Of a DNA stretch of 64,000 nucleotides, positions 59,639 to 64,000 are shown piece after piece (the first letter of the stretch is position 1; every line of letters begins with the position of its first letter). The notes beneath the pieces are model-generated. The model saw only the letters and a program-made list of their open reading frames with translations, had not been told where the DNA came from and searched no databases. The stretch is from positions 2,656,001 to 2,720,000 of the forward strand of contig CBDCJH010000002.1 of NCBI GenBank assembly GCA_965217775.1, in the 5' to 3' direction. Position numbers and translations under genes: made by a program. The DNA comes from Acidobacteriota bacterium (lineage in GTDB: Bacteria; Acidobacteriota; UBA6911; RPQK01; JAJDTT01).

Positions 59639-60113
59639 ATGTGGCTTCTCAGACACCCAGAACAGACCCGGATCGGCAAGGCTTGTCCTGTTTGGACCTA
59701 CTTTGGAAGTCCGTGTGGGGTTTGATCCAGACTATCGTCCTTCGTCAAAACCGGTTCCTTCACTTCCAAACCAGCGGATACCGGCACTTGTTGATACAGG
59801 TGCAGCAGAGAGTTGCATCGACAGCATTTTAGCCGACAGATTGAATCTTCCATTTGTCGGAGAGCAGGATTTTTCAGGTATATCGGGATCGAGCCGACGG
59901 CGTATGCATCTGGCTCAAATTTTCATTCCTGGTCTCCAGTGGTTAATTTATGGTCGGTTTGCAGCTGTTGACCTCATTTCTGGAGGGCAGCCGCATGCGG
60001 TCCTCATTGGGAGAACCTTCCTGAGAAGTTTCAAGATGATCTACGAAGGCCGCTCGGGAAGGGTGACTATCGAAAACGAATCCTCCATAGCTCCCACTGC
60101 TCGTCCGATTTGA
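59625..60113 (+). CDS. Retropepsin-like (clan AA) aspartyl protease
   Basis: ALVDTGAAESCI ... VLIGRTFL. Confidence 0.85.
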   Translation: MPTTECGFSDTQNRPGSARLVLFGPTLEVRVGFDPDYRPSSKPVPSLPNQRIPALVDTGAAESCIDSILADRLNLPFVGEQDFSGISGSSRRRMHLAQIFIPGLQWLIYGRFAAVDLISGGQPHAVLIGRTFLRSFKMIYEGRSGRVTIENESSIAPTARPI

Positions 60114-60265
60114 ATCGCTTCTCAATCCAACGGTGAATGGGAAGGTAAGAGGCGCACAACAAATAATCCGCGATAAATAGCTGAAGAGAATATCCTTTTC
60201 GACATTCAACCAGCGATGCGCTGAGCATTTCGAGTGAATCAAGTTCGGACTTCAGTTGTCCTCTC

Positions 60266-61888
60266 TCACACCAGCTTCTTCCGGGTAAACGGCGAGGGCT
60301 CGTGGCGAGTGGCCCAGGTCAGGCCCTTGATCCTTTCCAGATCCTTATTGGGAAACACAAAGCTCAGCAGCCATGCGGAACCCAGCGCGGCAACGGCCGA
60401 CGAGAGGATGATCCAGGTGAATCCCATCCCCTTTTCCACCAGGCGCTGAGTGAAGTCCGCACCGAAGACACCTGCCATGGCCTGGTGGGTGGAGGGGTCC
60501 ATGAGCTGCAGCAGGTCGCGCGAATAGGCCACTCCCAGAGCCACCGCCAAGCCGATGAACGCCGCCGGCCAGACGGCGCGAGTGCCGACCCTGGGGAACA
60601 GCATCCCCGCCAGGAACAGAGCTCCCATCGAACCCACCAGGGAGTTGAAGGTCTTGGGCAGTATGGTGAGGATATCGTCCATTCCGGTGAGCCCGTCCAG
60701 GTAGACGGCCGACACGGTCACCACCAACCCGACGATCAGGGTGATGATCCGGGCCTGGAAGACGCGGTTCCCGCTGGACGGCTTCTTGCGGAGCCGGCCG
60801 AAGTCCACCGTGGCCACGGTGGCCCAGGAATTGACGCCCGAGTCGATGGTGGACATGGCCGCCGCCAGGAGGGCGGCGAAGATGGCTCCGGCCAGTCCCG
60901 GCGGAATCCTGGAGGCCACGAAGAAGGGAAAGATGGAATCCCGATCCTTGCCGCTCGCCAGGTTGATGTGCTCGGGGAGGGCTTCCGGACCGTGAGTGTA
61001 GTAGTAGACCAGGGAGGCGCCGATGATAGCCAGCAGGAGCGCGATCATCGCGCTGACCACGATACTGGTGACGAAGCTGCGCTTGGCGGCCCGGACGTCC
61101 ACGGTGCTGAAGTAACGTTGCAGGGTCATCTGGTTGGCGCAATGGGCCGTCAGAGTCCAGATCACACCCGAGAGGGTCATGGTCACCACCGTGGCGGCCA
61201 CGGTGGGATCGGGGGAGAAGAAGGTGAAACTCTCGTTGTCCCTGACGTTCACGACGTGGAACCAGTCCAGCGGTCCCGAACCCGTGACCCAGGCCACGTA
61301 GCCGACGGTGAACAGCCCTCCGCCCACCAGGAGAGCCGCCTGAATCACATCGGTCCAGACCACGGCCCGAATGCCTCCCATCATGGTGTACACGGTGGCG
61401 ACGACTCCGATCACCCCGATGATCACCACCAGAGGCAGACCCGTGGCCACGGCCAGAGCGCGGGACGAGACCAGCACGATCACTCCCATGAGCACGGTGA
61501 CGAACAGGAGAAACATGGTGGCGCCCAACAGCCGCACCGAGAGGTCGTACCGGTGTTCCAGGTATTCGTAGGCCGTGGTGAACTTGAAACGGACGAAGAA
61601 GGGAATGGCCAGGAGCAGAATCAGAATCATGTCGAGGGGAATGGCGAACAGGGAGCTGACGAAGCCGCCGAAGCCGAAGCGCCAGACGATGCCGGGACTC
61701 GCCAGATAGGTGATGCTGGACAGGAGCGAGGCGATGATGCTGACTCCGACGGCAAACCAGGGGAGGCGCCGCCCGCCCAGAAAATATTCTTCTTCGGTCT
61801 GCTGACCCCTGGCGAGCCTCCAACCCAGGAACATCATGGCCGCCAGATAGACGCCCAGCACCACGTGATCGGCGAAGTGAAGTTGCAT
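60266..61888 (-). CDS. Sodium:solute symporter (SSS) family protein
   Basis: EEYFLGGR, AYEYLEHRY, GGIRAVVWTD, QRYFS, AAAMSTIDSGVNS. Confidence 0.93.
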   Translation of the reverse strand: MQLHFADHVVLGVYLAAMMFLGWRLARGQQTEEEYFLGGRRLPWFAVGVSIIASLLSSITYLASPGIVWRFGFGGFVSSLFAIPLDMILILLLAIPFFVRFKFTTAYEYLEHRYDLSVRLLGATMFLLFVTVLMGVIVLVSSRALAVATGLPLVVIIGVIGVVATVYTMMGGIRAVVWTDVIQAALLVGGGLFTVGYVAWVTGSGPLDWFHVVNVRDNESFTFFSPDPTVAATVVTMTLSGVIWTLTAHCANQMTLQRYFSTVDVRAAKRSFVTSIVVSAMIALLLAIIGASLVYYYTHGPEALPEHINLASGKDRDSIFPFFVASRIPPGLAGAIFAALLAAAMSTIDSGVNSWATVATVDFGRLRKKPSSGNRVFQARIITLIVGLVVTVSAVYLDGLTGMDDILTILPKTFNSLVGSMGALFLAGMLFPRVGTRAVWPAAFIGLAVALGVAYSRDLLQLMDPSTHQAMAGVFGADFTQRLVEKGMGFTWIILSSAVAALGSAWLLSFVFPNKDLERIKGLTWATRHEPSPFTRKKLV

Positions 61889-62005
61889 CAGGTCACCCTT
61901 TCCCGTCCTGAATCCGCGACGAGGAAGTCGCGGTTGGTCCGGCGACTCCGGCCGGACTGAATTTTATTCTGGCCATCCTTCTCCGGACCAGCCGCAGGGT
62001 TGGCA

Positions 62006-63619
62006 TCATTCCTGCGACGGCTCGATCCGGATCGACTCGATTCCGGGTCCCGGGCCTTCTCCGGTGCGGGAGAGGCGGAGATTCAGCCTCCAGCGGGCTC
62101 CCGTCATCGGGACCGTGTAGTTCTCGACGCCGCCGTGGAGCTCCCGCCAGCTCGATCCTCCGTCCGCTTCACCGTCACCGTCGGCGTCCTCTTCCAACCG
62201 GAACCGGGCCCGCCGTCCGCCGAACGTGTACTGCTCCAGGTCCGACACCATGGAGTCCCGGGTTGCATAGTAGGCCACGGCCACGAAGGCCCCGTCCACC
62301 CGCCGCTTCAGGTCTCCGTAACCGGTGTCGGTTCCCGGAAGCATGGGGCCGTGCAGCAGCTCGGGGCCCTGCCAGGTGGCGCCGTCTTCGTCGGACCAGT
62401 AGACCACCGGCTTGCGAGTGTATCCGCCGCCGATGCTGTGGAGGCCCATGCCCCAGAGACGGCCCTCGCCAGCGGCGTAGTCCAGCACGTTCCCATGCTG
62501 GAACCTGGGATTGCTCTCCTTGTAGATCCGGGCCCGCTGCCAGAGGCCCCCTTCGACGCCGCCGTCCACCTTGGGGGATATCTCCTCCAGGGGGGCGAAG
62601 GTGGCGCCCATGTCGGTGCTCACCGTCTGCCAGGTGTGCCGATTGCCGGCCGCGTCCCGCAGGACGGCCACGATGGTGCGGTTGCCCACGTACTCGATGG
62701 CCGGTTCGAAGGTCGCTCCTCCGTCCGGGTCCTTCTCGCTGGCCAGGGGACCGATCCAGCTCAGGAATTCATAGCTCCGGCCGTCGTCGGTGGAGCGGGC
62801 CAACAGGGTTCCCGCCTGGGCCTCGTGGTGGAAATACTGGAACGCCATGTAGACGTGGGTGGGATTCTCGGGATCCACGAACCAGTCTTCGGTGCCGATG
62901 GCCAGGTCCCCGGGCGCCCCGGTGACCCCCTGCACGTGAATTCGATCGTGGTCCGAGACCCAGGTCTTCCCGCCGTCGTGGGAACGGAGCTGTCGTGTTC
63001 CGGTGCTGTAGGCGGTCCGCCAGAACTGGAGGATGAGGTCGCCGCTGGGCATGTGGTAGAGGCCCGGCTCGCTGTGGGTGTAGCCGTCGTCAAAGGGCAT
63101 CCCCGAAATGGGGGAACCGTCGAACCAGCGGTCCAACTCGCCCCAGGTCCGTCCCTCGTCCGAGGAGGTCAGAATGTGGATGGCATCCTGGCCCTTCCAG
63201 TCCATGTGATTCAGTCCGGAGCGAAGCGCCATGACCCACCGGTTCTGGTCCAGAATGGCGATCATCGAGCGCCCGTACCAGTCGTGCGGAACACCGTCGC
63301 TGCCGGTGTAGGGTTCCTCGGAGCCGTCCACCACGACTTCGATGGTCTTGTCCCGGAAAAGGTCCAATCGGGACCGGAACGTAACCCGGACCGAACCGGC
63401 CTCTCCCGGCCCTTCCCGCCAGGCCCCGGTCCAACGGCCTTCGCCGCCCGCTTCCAGCTCCAGACCGTTGGGTCCGGCCACGACGCCCGCCGTGGCACCG
63501 GCGGCGTCCTTCCATTGCTGCTCCGCTTCCAGGATCAAGGTTCCGCTCCCTGCACCGCAGGCCGCCGCGGCCACGGCCAGAAGGCACCCGGCTCCCCTCA
63601 GCCCGCTCATTGGATTCAT
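62006..63619 (-). CDS. BNR/Asp-box sialidase-family lipoprotein
   Basis: AAAAC lipobox; SSDEGRTW, SHDGGKTW, STDDGRSY, STDMGATF, DEDGATW; DTGYG. Confidence 0.78.
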   Translation of the reverse strand: MNPMSGLRGAGCLLAVAAAACGAGSGTLILEAEQQWKDAAGATAGVVAGPNGLELEAGGEGRWTGAWREGPGEAGSVRVTFRSRLDLFRDKTIEVVVDGSEEPYTGSDGVPHDWYGRSMIAILDQNRWVMALRSGLNHMDWKGQDAIHILTSSDEGRTWGELDRWFDGSPISGMPFDDGYTHSEPGLYHMPSGDLILQFWRTAYSTGTRQLRSHDGGKTWVSDHDRIHVQGVTGAPGDLAIGTEDWFVDPENPTHVYMAFQYFHHEAQAGTLLARSTDDGRSYEFLSWIGPLASEKDPDGGATFEPAIEYVGNRTIVAVLRDAAGNRHTWQTVSTDMGATFAPLEEISPKVDGGVEGGLWQRARIYKESNPRFQHGNVLDYAAGEGRLWGMGLHSIGGGYTRKPVVYWSDEDGATWQGPELLHGPMLPGTDTGYGDLKRRVDGAFVAVAYYATRDSMVSDLEQYTFGGRRARFRLEEDADGDGEADGGSSWRELHGGVENYTVPMTGARWRLNLRLSRTGEGPGPGIESIRIEPSQE

Positions 63620-64000
63620 GGTTCGTTCCCTTCCTCGGCCACCACCGGGTTGGCCAGAACGCCCACCTGGGGGACCTCGATCTCCACGTTGTCTCCAGGA
63701 TAGATGGGTCCCACACCCGAGGGCGTCCCGGTCAGGATCACGTCCCCGGGAAGCAGCGTCATGGCCCGGCTCATGTAGGAGACGATCTCGGCCACGGAGT
63801 AGATGAGGTCCGAGGTATTGGTGCGTTGCCGCTCCCGGCCGTTGACGCGGGCCAGCAGCAGCAGGCCGGTGGGATCCAGCCCGGTGACGACGGCCGGCCC
63901 CAGGGGGCAAAAGGTGTCGTACCCCTTGCCCATGAGAAGACATCCCTCCTTCATCTCGGCCCTCTGGATGACGCGCTCGCTCACGTCGTTGCCGCAAGTG
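63616..64000 (-). CDS. Fumarylacetoacetate hydrolase family protein; 5' end lies outside the window
   Basis: CGNDVSER, GKGYDTFCPLGP, LLPGDVILTGTPSGVG. Confidence 0.93.
   Translation of the reverse strand, partial: TCGNDVSERVIQRAEMKEGCLLMGKGYDTFCPLGPAVVTGLDPTGLLLLARVNGRERQRTNTSDLIYSVAEIVSYMSRAMTLLPGDVILTGTPSGVGPIYPGDNVEIEVPQVGVLANPVVAEEGNEP

Noticed and set aside
61914-61957. Hairpins CCGCGACGAGGAAGTCGCGG and GTCCGGC..GCCGGAC upstream of the SSS gene as a riboswitch
   Set aside because: No recognisable riboswitch consensus; more likely a degenerate REP.
63620-63997. N-terminal extension of the 663-aa ORF
   Set aside because: It overlaps the FAH gene in another frame; the lipoprotein signal and ATGA coupling place the start at 63619.

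Overview
This is a GC-rich bacterial window. The gene mix (planctomycete-type DUF1501/DUF1549-1553/DUF1552/DUF1592 modules, many Tat-exported oxidoreductases, BNR sialidase-like and beta-propeller proteins, LRR/TPR/NHL proteins) suggests an Acidobacteriota-like heterotroph, possibly host-associated; this is inference only. Most of it is accessory metabolism plus pckA and nagB. No rRNA, tRNA or CRISPR array was seen. All family calls come from motifs read by eye, with no database searches. Main points of interest: (1) An intact IS110 (20741-24150, minus strand) sits in a REP element. Its left end carries four bridge-RNA guide segments that match its own donor junction and the REP target, an empty copy of the target lies in the adjacent tandem duplicate, and an ISKra4-type IS is nested in its unusually long right end. 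(2) At 44.3-45.4 kb, a two-TM protein with a GRAE-repeat tail has a strong internal RBS+ATG, followed by two stand-alone copies of that same tail. This resembles the RpnL/RpnS long/short toxin-antitoxin layout but with a membrane domain instead of a nuclease, and is the best candidate for an undescribed system. (3) An amidohydrolase pair plus Rieske protein resembles AibH1H2G-type oxygenases. (4) Several REP/MITE families cluster at stop codons. (5) Three toxin-antitoxin loci have lost or inactivated the toxin.
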